Both the position numbers and the translations under genes were made by a program. From positions 1 to 33,616 of IMG/VR virus record IMGVR_UViG_2778261222_000001: a stretch of DNA of 33,616 bases; one strand, 5' to 3'. The notes beneath the pieces are model-generated. The model saw only the letters and a list, made by a program, of their open reading frames with translations. It had not been told where the DNA came from and made no database searches. This stretch comes from a virus (lineage: Duplodnaviria > Heunggongvirae > Uroviricota > Caudoviricetes). Positions 9,347-18,460 of this stretch are shown here, piece after piece. Positions within the stretch are counted from its first letter, which is position 1. Every line of letters begins with the position of its first letter.

Positions 9347-11157
9347 TACCCTTGCTCCACGCTGGTGACGCCAGCCTGCGCACTGAGTCTGACGCCGGGT
9401 TGATCCACTCTGACGCTTTTCACGCGGGCGTCACCTTCCACCACCACACGGATTTCCCCCTGCAATTGCTGCGGAAGGAAAGGATAATTCTGTGTGGGTT
9501 GCATACCTGCCCACGGTCGCGGGTCGGCAATGTTCTTTTTCTCCAGAGAGTTAAACCAGTTCTTGATATCCGTCCATACCGTCGGGCGGTTGTTGTTTTC
9601 CTGAACCCGTGCGATTAACGCATCTGCTTCCTCTTTATTCTTTGGGAAAGCCGAGAGCACCATATCAAGGAGATTAAATCCTGATGCGGTTTGTGGTGTA
9701 ACCAGCGCTGGCGTCTTTGGTCCACGTGAGTTGCGGGATTTTCGGGGATTGCGCGATGAATCCGGTGCATCCGGCAGACCGCCGGTATTACCATTCATCC
9801 CGCCACTACCCATATTAACCACATAAACCGGCATCACACCGGAGCCGAAAACATCCGTGATGCCACCGGGTATCCCTTTGCCTTTCCCTTTGGGATTCAT
9901 TATGCCGTGGATGGTTTTACCGAACTGATACGTCTTTCTGATGGCGATAATGCCGCCCAGCGCAATCGCCATATATTTACCGACCTGCAACCAGTTCTGG
10001 ACAGTGTTCTGGTCCACGCTGTTAATGGCATCAGCCAGATCCTGAACGGGTTTTGCCAGCTGGTTGTGGGAGAATTTTTTCCAGCTGGTTTCCAGCGCCT
10101 GCATGGCCGACGTAAAATCCTGTGCAGCATACGCGGCATCTTTCATGATGCCTTTACCATCACCGACGACTTTCATATAACGTTGCAGGTTTTCTGCACC
10201 TTTGCCTGACGTTACGCTGCTTAAAAGCATGACTGAATCCTGGTTAAAACCGGCTTCAATCAGCCTTTTATTTTGTTCTTCTGCGCCCCGGTTCCCTGAT
10301 TTTCTGGCAATCTCCTGAAGCAATAGTGGAAGCGAGCGCATCCGGCCATCTTTCCCGTAAACATCAATGCCATTTGTCCGCAATGTTTTTACAACCTTAG
10401 GAAGCTGTAAATCACGGATCAGGTTTTCAACAGCGGTTGCGGCGGTATCACGGTTCCCTGTGGCATCAACGGCAGATTCAAGTGCAACCCCTACGTCCTT
10501 GACACCCTGCACACCACGTCCGCCCGCAGCGGAATACAGCGACATCGCACGGGTTGCTTTTTCTGCGATGTCTTTCAGTTCATAGGCACCTTCTTTTCCC
10601 AGCAGGTTCAGAGTATCCATTGCCTTTAAGGCTTCGTTTTCATCCTTGATGCCGAACTTCGTAAACTGAGAAAACAGCGAGCCGATGGATTCGCCTGAAC
10701 TTCCGGAAGCGGCGATAGATGCCGCCATCATTTCTTTGTTTTTAACACCAAAATCAATCTCACCCGTCACGGTGCCGACTTTTTCCACTGCGCTTATCAG
10801 TTCACTGTCATCAACCTTAAATTTGATGGCGGCGTCCTGAATACCATTCAGCATCTGTGCCATTTCGTCGCGCGTCTTTTCTGCGGCAATACCAATACGG
10901 GTCATCCGGCGATCCACCTGCGCAAACTCACGCATCATGGCGCTACCCGCAAAACCGGCAATCATCGCCGTGTAGCGGTTACCCAGCGTATCAAGGCCGC
11001 GTCCTGCGGCCTCCGTTGTGGCTTTGACAAGGCGCATGGCCTGCTGATGGTTCCGGGCGAACTGCGACATATTTGCGCCGTACTGCCGGGCTTTGGCGGT
11101 CAGGTTCCCGGCTAGGTTGATCATGATTTCCGTGCTGAGACGGTTACCTGTTGCCAT
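9346..11157 (-). CDS. Tail tape measure protein
   Basis: 603 aa, Ala/Gly-rich, with a hydrophobic segment and Gly-rich C-terminal region; follows the tail chaperone ORFs. Confidence 0.8.
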   Translation of the reverse strand: MATGNRLSTEIMINLAGNLTAKARQYGANMSQFARNHQQAMRLVKATTEAAGRGLDTLGNRYTAMIAGFAGSAMMREFAQVDRRMTRIGIAAEKTRDEMAQMLNGIQDAAIKFKVDDSELISAVEKVGTVTGEIDFGVKNKEMMAASIAASGSSGESIGSLFSQFTKFGIKDENEALKAMDTLNLLGKEGAYELKDIAEKATRAMSLYSAAGGRGVQGVKDVGVALESAVDATGNRDTAATAVENLIRDLQLPKVVKTLRTNGIDVYGKDGRMRSLPLLLQEIARKSGNRGAEEQNKRLIEAGFNQDSVMLLSSVTSGKGAENLQRYMKVVGDGKGIMKDAAYAAQDFTSAMQALETSWKKFSHNQLAKPVQDLADAINSVDQNTVQNWLQVGKYMAIALGGIIAIRKTYQFGKTIHGIMNPKGKGKGIPGGITDVFGSGVMPVYVVNMGSGGMNGNTGGLPDAPDSSRNPRKSRNSRGPKTPALVTPQTASGFNLLDMVLSAFPKNKEEADALIARVQENNNRPTVWTDIKNWFNSLEKKNIADPRPWAGMQPTQNYPFLPQQLQGEIRVVVEGDARVKSVRVDQPGVRLSAQAGVTSVEQG

Positions 11158-11353
11158 GCTGTTTCTCCAGTTGCTTTATCAGGCGGAACAGCTGCCTCAG
11201 GGGCAACTGTTCCAGGTACTGAATGCTGAATCGCTGAGACAGGTTAACCAGCAGGTTCATCAGTGCCGCCGCCAGCGGCATCAGTTCGCCCCCGCGTTGC
11301 CACCTCCTCAAGCATGTCATCCAGCGCAGCAGCTTTCGTGCTGATAAGCTCAA
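11144..11353 (-). CDS. Possible frameshift-extension ORF of the tail assembly chaperone (T-like)
   Basis: Open frame overlapping the 3' end of the chaperone gene in the +1 frame and ending 13 nt inside the tape-measure start; position equals the conserved G/GT frameshift location. Confidence 0.3.
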   Translation of the reverse strand: MSLSARKLLRWMTCLRRWQRGGELMPLAAALMNLLVNLSQRFSIQYLEQLPLRQLFRLIKQLEKQHGNR

Positions 11354-11639
11354 GGTCTGCCGGGTGGAGCATTCGCAGCTGTTTCATGTCCAGCGGGCCG
11401 GGAATGCTGCCGATGGCCGCAACCTGACGGCGCATCATCTCCAGCCCCATCAGCACTTCAGAGCAGTAGGCCACCGCCTTTCCGTTCTCGCCCAGTACCA
11501 CACGTTCTGCGGCCAGTTGTGCATCAATCACGTCGCTGGCGGTCAGCTCGCGCAGCTTCACGGTTTTATGCAGGGTTTCATCTGCCGTGCCTTTGCCGGT
11601 CAGAAGCCCGTGTTTCAGTTCAAATGTCATTTCAGCCAT
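11244..11639 (-). CDS. Tail assembly chaperone (G-like)
   Basis: 131 aa acidic protein between the tail tube and tape-measure genes; ATG at 11637-11639. Confidence 0.55.
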   Translation of the reverse strand: MAEMTFELKHGLLTGKGTADETLHKTVKLRELTASDVIDAQLAAERVVLGENGKAVAYCSEVLMGLEMMRRQVAAIGSIPGPLDMKQLRMLHPADLELISTKAAALDDMLEEVATRGRTDAAGGGTDEPAG

Positions 11640-11640
11640 G

Positions 11641-11997
11641 TCACACCTTCACGCATTTTTCACCGATAAAGTTCGCGCTGATGGTGCCTGAATCCTCGTC
11701 CAGCTCCGCCGGGTTATCCGTGGCGGAACCCGTCATCATGTAGTTCAGGCCGTTGTCGCCGTAGAACATCACCGTGACGTCTTCCCAGCTGCTGATTTCA
11801 ATCACGTCCATATCCGCTGCTGCCGCAATGGTCACTTTGATGGACGGCGAGGCCATCTTGCTGGAGATGCCCCAGACCTTGCCGCCGCCCATATGCTGGG
11901 TGCGGCTGAAGCCGCCCGGATTCAGTATGGATTTCCCCTCGGTTTTAATTTCGCGGCCATTCACGCGAATGGTCGCCATGCCAAGAATTTTTGCCAT
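11641..11997 (-). CDS. Tail tube protein
   Basis: 118 aa immediately after the sheath gene; conserved myovirus order. Confidence 0.75.
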   Translation of the reverse strand: MAKILGMATIRVNGREIKTEGKSILNPGGFSRTQHMGGGKVWGISSKMASPSIKVTIAAAADMDVIEISSWEDVTVMFYGDNGLNYMMTGSATDNPAELDEDSGTISANFIGEKCVKV

Positions 11998-12006
11998 GCG
12001 GCCCCC

Positions 12007-13482
12007 TTAAAGTTTGAACTGAATCAGACCTGCCAGCACACGCAGCTGGTTCACCAGATTCGGGTGGCAGATAAAGTTCAGGCGGTTTTTATCACTGCTG
12101 TCGCGTGTCACCTGAAGAGTGTCCTTGTAATCGCTGAAGTTCTCCACAAGGCCCGCAGGAATAAGTTCGGTCTGGCAGATATCCAGCAGCTCTGCGGTGC
12201 ACAACTTCGGCGTCATCACCGGCTGACCGGCATCCAGTGAGTCCAGCACGTCATCATCTGCCAGCTTGTGGCGCGGATAACGGTTCGTGAAACGGTTCTT
12301 GATGATGTAACGGATACGGCCCAGCGTGGCGGGTGACTGCACATCAAGGTACGACACATCCGCATCACCGTACTGATTAACCCGGTACATGGTGATTTCA
12401 CGCTCTATGCAGACGTTATCCCCGGCGTCCACCATGTGTGTGGCAATGCTGTCATGCAGCAGCAGGTTACGTTCCGGCATATCCCAGCGAACATTACGCG
12501 CAGGCGGCAGAATGCCGGTCAGAACCAGCGTCTGAAGCGGACGCGCCGGATCAATGGCGAGGTAATACGCTGCCGTTGCGCCGTATGACGCGGCCCACAT
12601 CCACGCTGGGTGCGGTGACAGGTTGGTGCCGATACAGCTAATCAGCCAGTCATTGCGGGTTTCACCAAACGTGCCTGTCTCGCCGTGCGTGCCACGAAAC
12701 GCCGTCCACAGCTGCGCCTCCATCATTTTGAGCGGCCCCCAGCGGTTCAGCAGTTCATCACGCAGGGTGTTCAGGCTTTGCGCGTCGGTGAACGGGGCGA
12801 TGATATCGGTAAACCACTCCGGGCCGATGGCCGCAACGGCGTCTGCCATTTCCGGTGTCCCGGTGCCGCCGGTAAACGCGCTGGCTGTCACCTTCACACC
12901 TGCCGGGAAGGCTTCACCGGTGTAGTAGTTCAGGCGAACGTCGGCACCGTTGCCGGTGACACCGTGCCAGTTCACGGTCAGCTCCACGGTATCCGTGGCA
13001 TCATCCTTCACCGCAGCGGCCACCTGTGTGGCAGGCTTTTTCGTCACCGCATCAGCAATGGCTTTTGCAATGTTTTCCTTCGTAGCCCCGGCGCTCACGC
13101 TCACCTGAACGGACACACCGTTAATCAGCAGTGCCACCGTTCCGGCCTCTGTTGCTGTCCCCAGCACGGTCAGCGTGGCTTTTGCAGCAGCGCCAACAGG
13201 TGCGGCAACCGGCATTGCCCAGGTTTCCGTGTACGTGTTGGCACGACGCAGCATTTTGAGCATTTCAGCCAGCATCGACCCTTTGCCATAAAGCTGGTCT
13301 GCCTGGCTGTCACTGGTGATGCGGGTCAGTGACAGGGCGTCTGCGCTGCCGGACGATACCGCATGGCCCATGACCAGAATTTTTCGGCTTTGCGCGGATG
13401 CACCATCCAGCGCCTGAGAATTGTCGATATCGATCCAGACAAGCGGGACGCGGATATCATCAGGAATTGAACCCAGCGACAT
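12007..13482 (-). CDS. Tail sheath protein (Mu L-like)
   Basis: 491 aa; size and position match the Mu sheath protein. Confidence 0.85.
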   Translation of the reverse strand: MSLGSIPDDIRVPLVWIDIDNSQALDGASAQSRKILVMGHAVSSGSADALSLTRITSDSQADQLYGKGSMLAEMLKMLRRANTYTETWAMPVAAPVGAAAKATLTVLGTATEAGTVALLINGVSVQVSVSAGATKENIAKAIADAVTKKPATQVAAAVKDDATDTVELTVNWHGVTGNGADVRLNYYTGEAFPAGVKVTASAFTGGTGTPEMADAVAAIGPEWFTDIIAPFTDAQSLNTLRDELLNRWGPLKMMEAQLWTAFRGTHGETGTFGETRNDWLISCIGTNLSPHPAWMWAASYGATAAYYLAIDPARPLQTLVLTGILPPARNVRWDMPERNLLLHDSIATHMVDAGDNVCIEREITMYRVNQYGDADVSYLDVQSPATLGRIRYIIKNRFTNRYPRHKLADDDVLDSLDAGQPVMTPKLCTAELLDICQTELIPAGLVENFSDYKDTLQVTRDSSDKNRLNFICHPNLVNQLRVLAGLIQFKL

Positions 13483-13682
13483 TATTTTTTCCCTCTGGTT
13501 TTGTTGCTATTTTTCGGAAGCGCGGTTATTTCCACATCTCCCTCGGCTTCACGGCGCAGCCAGTAAGCGCAGACGTCGAGACGTTCCCCGTCCGGGGATA
13601 AATGCGCGCCATCCGGTTTACGGACACGAACGCTTTCCCGCGCTGGCTTAATCAGTTTCTGTTCCATCGTCACCCCGTACAT
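13482..13682 (-). CDS. Small Mu-like head-tail region protein
   Basis: 66 aa ORF just upstream of the sheath gene; alternative ATG at 13665-13667. Confidence 0.4.
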   Translation of the reverse strand: MYGVTMEQKLIKPARESVRVRKPDGAHLSPDGERLDVCAYWLRREAEGDVEITALPKNSNKTRGKK

Positions 13683-14259
13683 GGATCACGTCGTTAATTT
13701 CAGTGTGTTCGCCGCAGCGCAGCGTTGCCCCGAGGCGCAGGAAGTCCGGGAGCGCGGCGAGATCAATCTCTTCATCCAGCCGGAATTCCTGCTCCCACGT
13801 CACCGCCCACATGGTGACACCCAGCCCGTCGAGGCTGACGGAGTAAATGTTGTCTGCCCGCACATCAGCAGCCATGCGTTCAGCCCCCATGCCCGCTGTG
13901 GCATCCGACGACAGCAGACGTTTGATCACCTTTCCGGCCAGCACTTCACAGCGCACGTCGCGGGAGTACCCCCACGAATCCGTCGCCATGATGTAAGCCA
14001 CCCAGGTAACCAGACCGGACAGCCCGCCGCGCGGGTTGATATCCCGGACACGCAGGGCCGCGACACGGATACAGCCAGTGCGACCGGACAGATAGCGCTT
14101 CACTTCTTCCGGGCTGTTGAACTGGCCGATGTGACGCTCCACCACGTCGGCCCGGTCAGGGGTTTTCCCCTGAAGTGCTGTTTTCAGCCAGGCCACAATG
14201 CGCTCTGCGGCCGCGACGGTGCTCCCCGGTGTGCGCAGTTCAGGGCGTTGTTCTGTCAT
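13648..14259 (-). CDS. Mu-like structural protein (gp37-like)
   Basis: 203 aa; position in the head-tail joining block. Confidence 0.45.
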   Translation of the reverse strand: MTEQRPELRTPGSTVAAAERIVAWLKTALQGKTPDRADVVERHIGQFNSPEEVKRYLSGRTGCIRVAALRVRDINPRGGLSGLVTWVAYIMATDSWGYSRDVRCEVLAGKVIKRLLSSDATAGMGAERMAADVRADNIYSVSLDGLGVTMWAVTWEQEFRLDEEIDLAALPDFLRLGATLRCGEHTEINDVIHVRGDDGTETD

Positions 14260-14801
14260 GGCAGAACCTCCTTCCAGAAATGACTGATAACCTGTTGCAG
14301 CTCCTGCTGATTGGCAGAAGACAGCCCCAGAAATTCACGTTGCGGAATGTTCATCATGCGGTTATGTGCGCCGACGGTCTGCCAGACCGGATATTTCAGC
14401 GCCCGCCCGAAACACTGCGAGATAAGCCGTTTGTGGGCGCTGACCGGCACACTGCCGGAAAAGCCGTCATTCATGATGCGGGCATAATCCAGCGGTGAAC
14501 CGATACGCACCACGCGGTTTTCCACGATGTACTGGATACTCTCCAGCAGATGGCCTTCACCGCGCAGCAGACTCTGGTTGCCGTGGCGGGTCTTTTTGTA
14601 CCCGTCAGACCAGTCCGGCCAGCGTTCGCCACCCGGACTGGTTTTCTCATCGATGATGCGGCGGCGGGTCTGTGATTCCACCACCGCACCGATGCTTTCC
14701 AGCAGCTCTGCCTGCAATGAACCATCTGCCAGTTTTTCAACGGCGCGGCGGATATCCTCCAGCCGCTGGTCACCGCTGACCTGTACAGAAATCCCCATCA
14801 C
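14256..14801 (-). CDS. Virion morphogenesis / tail completion-like protein
   Basis: 181 aa; position in the head-tail joining block. Confidence 0.45.
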   Translation of the reverse strand: MMGISVQVSGDQRLEDIRRAVEKLADGSLQAELLESIGAVVESQTRRRIIDEKTSPGGERWPDWSDGYKKTRHGNQSLLRGEGHLLESIQYIVENRVVRIGSPLDYARIMNDGFSGSVPVSAHKRLISQCFGRALKYPVWQTVGAHNRMMNIPQREFLGLSSANQQELQQVISHFWKEVLP

Positions 14802-15235
14802 AGCACCCCTTTCAGGTTGTTACGGGTGAACAGCCGGGCATTGGCACCCACCACAATGATTTTCCCGTGGTCGGTTTCTGCCGGGGTGGCATACGTCGGC
14901 AGGCCCAGGTCACGGGTGCCGTTCGCCATCTCACGCAGGGTTTTAATGGCGTCGTCGTAGCGTTTCTGGATCAGCTCCGTGATTTGATTGTCACGCTCTG
15001 ACAACCAGTAAAAAGCCAGCGATACCGCCACGCGTTGCAGCGGACGCGGGATTTCTGTCACCCCCAGCGGCAGCTGGTAGCGGCGGGACAGAAACGAATC
15101 AATTTCCGCTTCGGCATCACTGATGGCCTGACGGATTTTGTCTTCATCCAGTCCGTTGGTTTCCCGGTTAATCGCCATGTTCCAGACAAGATTGCTGTCC
15201 GCGCGTAACAGGTCTTCCTGCGTGATGTATCCCAT
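14798..15235 (-). CDS. Head-tail connector-like protein (Mu gp36-like)
   Basis: 145 aa; position after the capsid module. Confidence 0.45.
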   Translation of the reverse strand: MGYITQEDLLRADSNLVWNMAINRETNGLDEDKIRQAISDAEAEIDSFLSRRYQLPLGVTEIPRPLQRVAVSLAFYWLSERDNQITELIQKRYDDAIKTLREMANGTRDLGLPTYATPAETDHGKIIVVGANARLFTRNNLKGVL

Positions 15236-15546
15236 CAGCCTTTCTCCGCTTCCCGGACAATCAGATTCGGCTCTGCCATCAGGCGGGTGGCAACCGCAGC
15301 GGTCACCGCCACATCCTCACCGGCATGAGACCAGAAACGGCCACAGCGCCAGAACCCGTTTTCAGACACGGCCCGGACGTTCAGCCGGACAGGGGCGTCA
15401 CCCTGTACAGCAACCGGGTCTTCAGCCGGACGTGGTTCATTCGCCTGACCGTCAGCCACAATAGCGTCTGCCAGCGGTGCCGGGTTTTCCTGTGCTGCGC
15501 TGTTCTTTGTGTTTTTCGTGCTTTTGGTTCCTGCTTTTTCACTCAT
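15235..15546 (-). CDS. Hypothetical protein downstream of the major capsid gene
   Basis: 103 aa; ATG at 15544-15546; low-complexity N-terminus. Confidence 0.45.
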   Translation of the reverse strand: MSEKAGTKSTKNTKNSAAQENPAPLADAIVADGQANEPRPAEDPVAVQGDAPVRLNVRAVSENGFWRCGRFWSHAGEDVAVTAAVATRLMAEPNLIVREAEKG

Positions 15547-15550
15547 GGCT

Positions 15551-15600
15551 CTGCCTTTTAAAAGGCAGTTAAAAGGGCATTCACAGCACCTTTTAACTGC
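15551..15600 (-). terminator. Overlapping alternative hairpins between the capsid gene and the next gene
   Basis: Perfect palindrome ctgccttttaaaaggcag (15551-15568) and an 11-bp-stem hairpin gcagttaaaag...cttttaactgc (15565-15600) share the ctgc bases. Confidence 0.35.
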
Positions 15601-15617
15601 GGTTTACGGATGAAGGT

Positions 15618-16520
15618 TTATGCCGGGGTGGTGATGTACGGGCTGTCCACGATCTCCACATCCTTGTACCAGATGTTGGAATCGCCGCCGTTAACCAGCA
15701 TGGCGTCAATAATGAGCTTCGCGTCCGCACGGTTTTTCGGCCCCACCACAAGGGTGGTCGGGCGGATGCCCAGTGGTTCACCGTTGGTACCCTTCATGCC
15801 CCGCAGCAACTCATTGGCTTTTTTGTAGTTCTCCACCGTCAGTGCCGCACGGGAACCGACGGCGGTCTGCCAGAAGCCGAAGCCTGCATTACAGCGACCG
15901 TCCACCCCGTACAGGAATTCGTTATTCTTGAAGGTGTGCTCGCTGTTCAGATCGTCCAGGGCTTCAAACTTAAAGGCGCGTCGCGTCTGCCAGATAATGG
16001 GTTTCAGTACCTGCGACTCATCAATCAGGAACCACGGCTCACCCTTGTCTGATGCCGGGGTGCCGACAACGTTGCTGTACGTGCCGTCACCCAGCGGGTG
16101 GTCTTCATCAAAGAAGTTCTGGCCGTCAAAGCACAAAGTTTTGAATCCGGCACACAGCAGGGCGTAACACAGCTTGTCCGGGAACACGGCTGTCATACGT
16201 CCATAGCGTTCAGCAGTAATGCTGTACTGACCAATCTGGTCATCTTCAATGTGTTCGCGCTTAACGCGAATGGAACTTTCCCAGAGTTTGTTGGTGATGG
16301 TGTAACCATAACCGTCCAGCGTTGCCAGCTGACGCTCACCGACCCATTCTTTGATGTCCGGTAAATCTTTCATCCAGCCGTAGGTGTTGGAGGCTGACGA
16401 ACTCGGCACCTCAGAAGCAATGCGATTCCACTGCGGTTCGACACCACTCAGTCCACGGGTAAAGGCGGCGCTCAGGCAGGTGGTCAGTGCATGAAGGATT
16501 TCGGAATTGACTGCTCCCAT
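15618..16520 (-). CDS. Major capsid protein (Mu T-like)
   Basis: 300 aa; follows the protease/scaffold gene with a TGATG overlap. Confidence 0.8.
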   Translation of the reverse strand: MGAVNSEILHALTTCLSAAFTRGLSGVEPQWNRIASEVPSSSASNTYGWMKDLPDIKEWVGERQLATLDGYGYTITNKLWESSIRVKREHIEDDQIGQYSITAERYGRMTAVFPDKLCYALLCAGFKTLCFDGQNFFDEDHPLGDGTYSNVVGTPASDKGEPWFLIDESQVLKPIIWQTRRAFKFEALDDLNSEHTFKNNEFLYGVDGRCNAGFGFWQTAVGSRAALTVENYKKANELLRGMKGTNGEPLGIRPTTLVVGPKNRADAKLIIDAMLVNGGDSNIWYKDVEIVDSPYITTPA

Positions 16521-17482
16521 CAGTTATTCTCCTGTTTTGGTTTAGCGGCGAGGAACTCTTCCCCGGTAATACCCATGCTGCGACACATCGCCAGTTCGGC
16601 GTCGGTCAGTGTCTCCGCGGGTTTATCCTTGCCCTGGCTGGGCTTGTCGTTGTTCACCAGCGGCTGTGTGCCTTTGGTGTATTCCGCAAACTGTTTGCGG
16701 CCTTCTTCCGTGCGGCAGGTGGCAAGGAACATGTCACGGTTTGCCGGGGCCACTTTTCCGGCTTCGATGGCCGCATCCACAAGCGCCCCGGCTTCCTTCT
16801 CTTCCAGTTGCTGAAGGCGTTTTTCTGCGGTTTCGGCACGGTTCAGTGCCAGATTGTGGGTTTCCACCGGCACAAACTTCGTCAGATCAGGTGTCTGTGC
16901 GCGGTTCAGCGCCACCTGTTCGTTCTCCTGAAGTTGTTTAATGGCAGCCACGGTATCGTCCACCGTGGCGGATTCAGCCAGCCCAAGCAGGCCGGTGATT
17001 TGCACAGGTACTGTCATCGGGTTTTTCTCCGTATTCAGTGCAGGAAAATCCAGGTTAGGTTTGTTGGTCAGCCCGACGCTGGACAGGCGCGTCACCACAC
17101 CGTCTGCGTCAAAGAAAAACGCCGGGCTGTAATAGCGGTAGCGACGCTCACTCAGCATCCACCGGGCGTACTCGCTCCAGACAACACGGCCTTCAATGGT
17201 GCCGCCATCCGTCACCCGCAGTTCTTCCACCCAGCCATACGCCGGGGCTTCATCACCGCGTTGCCCTTTAATTTCGGTGGCATGTTCAATGTCCACCGGA
17301 ATTTTGATGTCGGACGAACGGGCGATCACCTCATGCGGATTGCGGTTAATCCACGTCCGTCCATCGCGCCCGGTAAACTCACCCGCAGGGACGAGCTCAA
17401 GCCATTCCGGCAGTTGAGCAGGTGTCAGCTCAGGGATGGGTTCTGGCAGGGAAAAACACAGCGCCAGCAGTTCCGGTTGCAT
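16520..17482 (-). CDS. Prohead protease / scaffold protein (Mu I-like)
   Basis: 320 aa with a coiled-coil C-terminal half; GGAG Shine-Dalgarno 7 nt upstream of the ATG at 17480-17482. Confidence 0.75.
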   Translation of the reverse strand: MQPELLALCFSLPEPIPELTPAQLPEWLELVPAGEFTGRDGRTWINRNPHEVIARSSDIKIPVDIEHATEIKGQRGDEAPAYGWVEELRVTDGGTIEGRVVWSEYARWMLSERRYRYYSPAFFFDADGVVTRLSSVGLTNKPNLDFPALNTEKNPMTVPVQITGLLGLAESATVDDTVAAIKQLQENEQVALNRAQTPDLTKFVPVETHNLALNRAETAEKRLQQLEEKEAGALVDAAIEAGKVAPANRDMFLATCRTEEGRKQFAEYTKGTQPLVNNDKPSQGKDKPAETLTDAELAMCRSMGITGEEFLAAKPKQENN

Positions 17483-17530
17483 GTCAGTCTCCGTCGTTTG
17501 GGGTTACCGACGGTCAGTATGCGGAAGGCA

Positions 17531-17556
17531 GAAAAAAAGCCGGATTTACCGGCTTC
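17531..17556 (-). terminator. Rho-independent terminator (minus strand), copy 1 of a repeated element
   Basis: On the minus strand: 7-bp stem aagccgg, loop taaat, stem ccggctt, followed by seven T; lies between the F-like gene and the protease gene. Confidence 0.6.
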
Positions 17557-17695
17557 ACTGAAAACAGGGAAATACCCCCTTCAAAACCACTTCAAAAACG
17601 CCACAGCACCTTCAAAAAAGTCAGAATGCACATTCACGCCATCAGAATAAAAAACGCGATTCTGGTGCGTTTCAGGGGGATTTACGGCGGGAGGG

Positions 17696-18460
17696 TTACT
17701 CACTGTCAAAACGGGCCTGTTTTGTCGCCAGCTGGCGCGCCAGCTCCTGCTCACGGTTTATGCCGGGATTGTAGTTCCAGCCCGGATCAATCCCTTCCGG
17801 CACATCTTCCTCTTCGCCCGTACGTTTGTTCACCCAGCGGACAGTTCTAATTTCCGGCGCTTCGGTGTGAATGGTGCCCTGTGCCGCCAGTTGTGCATAT
17901 TCACCACGGCTGACCTGACGGATGGTGCATTTGCAGCCCCAGCCGTTAGGGGCAAAATGCGTCTGCCAGAACGGATGATCTACCGGCAGACACAGACGCG
18001 CCCATTTCACATGCTCCGCCCGGTGCTCGCGGGATGGCCCCAGCTCATAAATCAGATACGGCATGGCCCGCTTTGTCCGCTGAATGCGTTCCCACTGGCC
18101 CGCCGCGCGGGCGGTGCGCATGTTGGTGTCAAAAATCGTGCGGAGGCGGCGGTCGCTGCCCAGCTGTACGGTGCGCCTTTCACCCGTCAGCGGATCATCC
18201 ATCTCCTGAACGCCCCACCATCCGCGTTTTATCAGCAGCGGTTGCAGCGCCTCCCGGAACTCGCTGAACGTCTGCCCGCTTTGCAGGGCGTCTTCCACAA
18301 GGGCTTTCACATCCGACAACAAATCCAGTTGCAGCATTTTTGCCACGGTGAAGCTGTTCCGGTGCTCTTCCCGCCACACATCCCGGTAATCAAAACCGGG
18401 GCGCAGCTTCTTCGCCTTCAGCCACGCCAGCGCCTCTTTCGGGATGAGAGTTTCACGCAT
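17696..18460 (-). CDS. Head morphogenesis protein (Mu F-like)
   Basis: Position after the portal gene; likely start is the ATG at 18458-18460 with GGGGGA Shine-Dalgarno (track ORF extends to 18517). Confidence 0.65.
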   Translation of the reverse strand: MRETLIPKEALAWLKAKKLRPGFDYRDVWREEHRNSFTVAKMLQLDLLSDVKALVEDALQSGQTFSEFREALQPLLIKRGWWGVQEMDDPLTGERRTVQLGSDRRLRTIFDTNMRTARAAGQWERIQRTKRAMPYLIYELGPSREHRAEHVKWARLCLPVDHPFWQTHFAPNGWGCKCTIRQVSRGEYAQLAAQGTIHTEAPEIRTVRWVNKRTGEEEDVPEGIDPGWNYNPGINREQELARQLATKQARFDSE

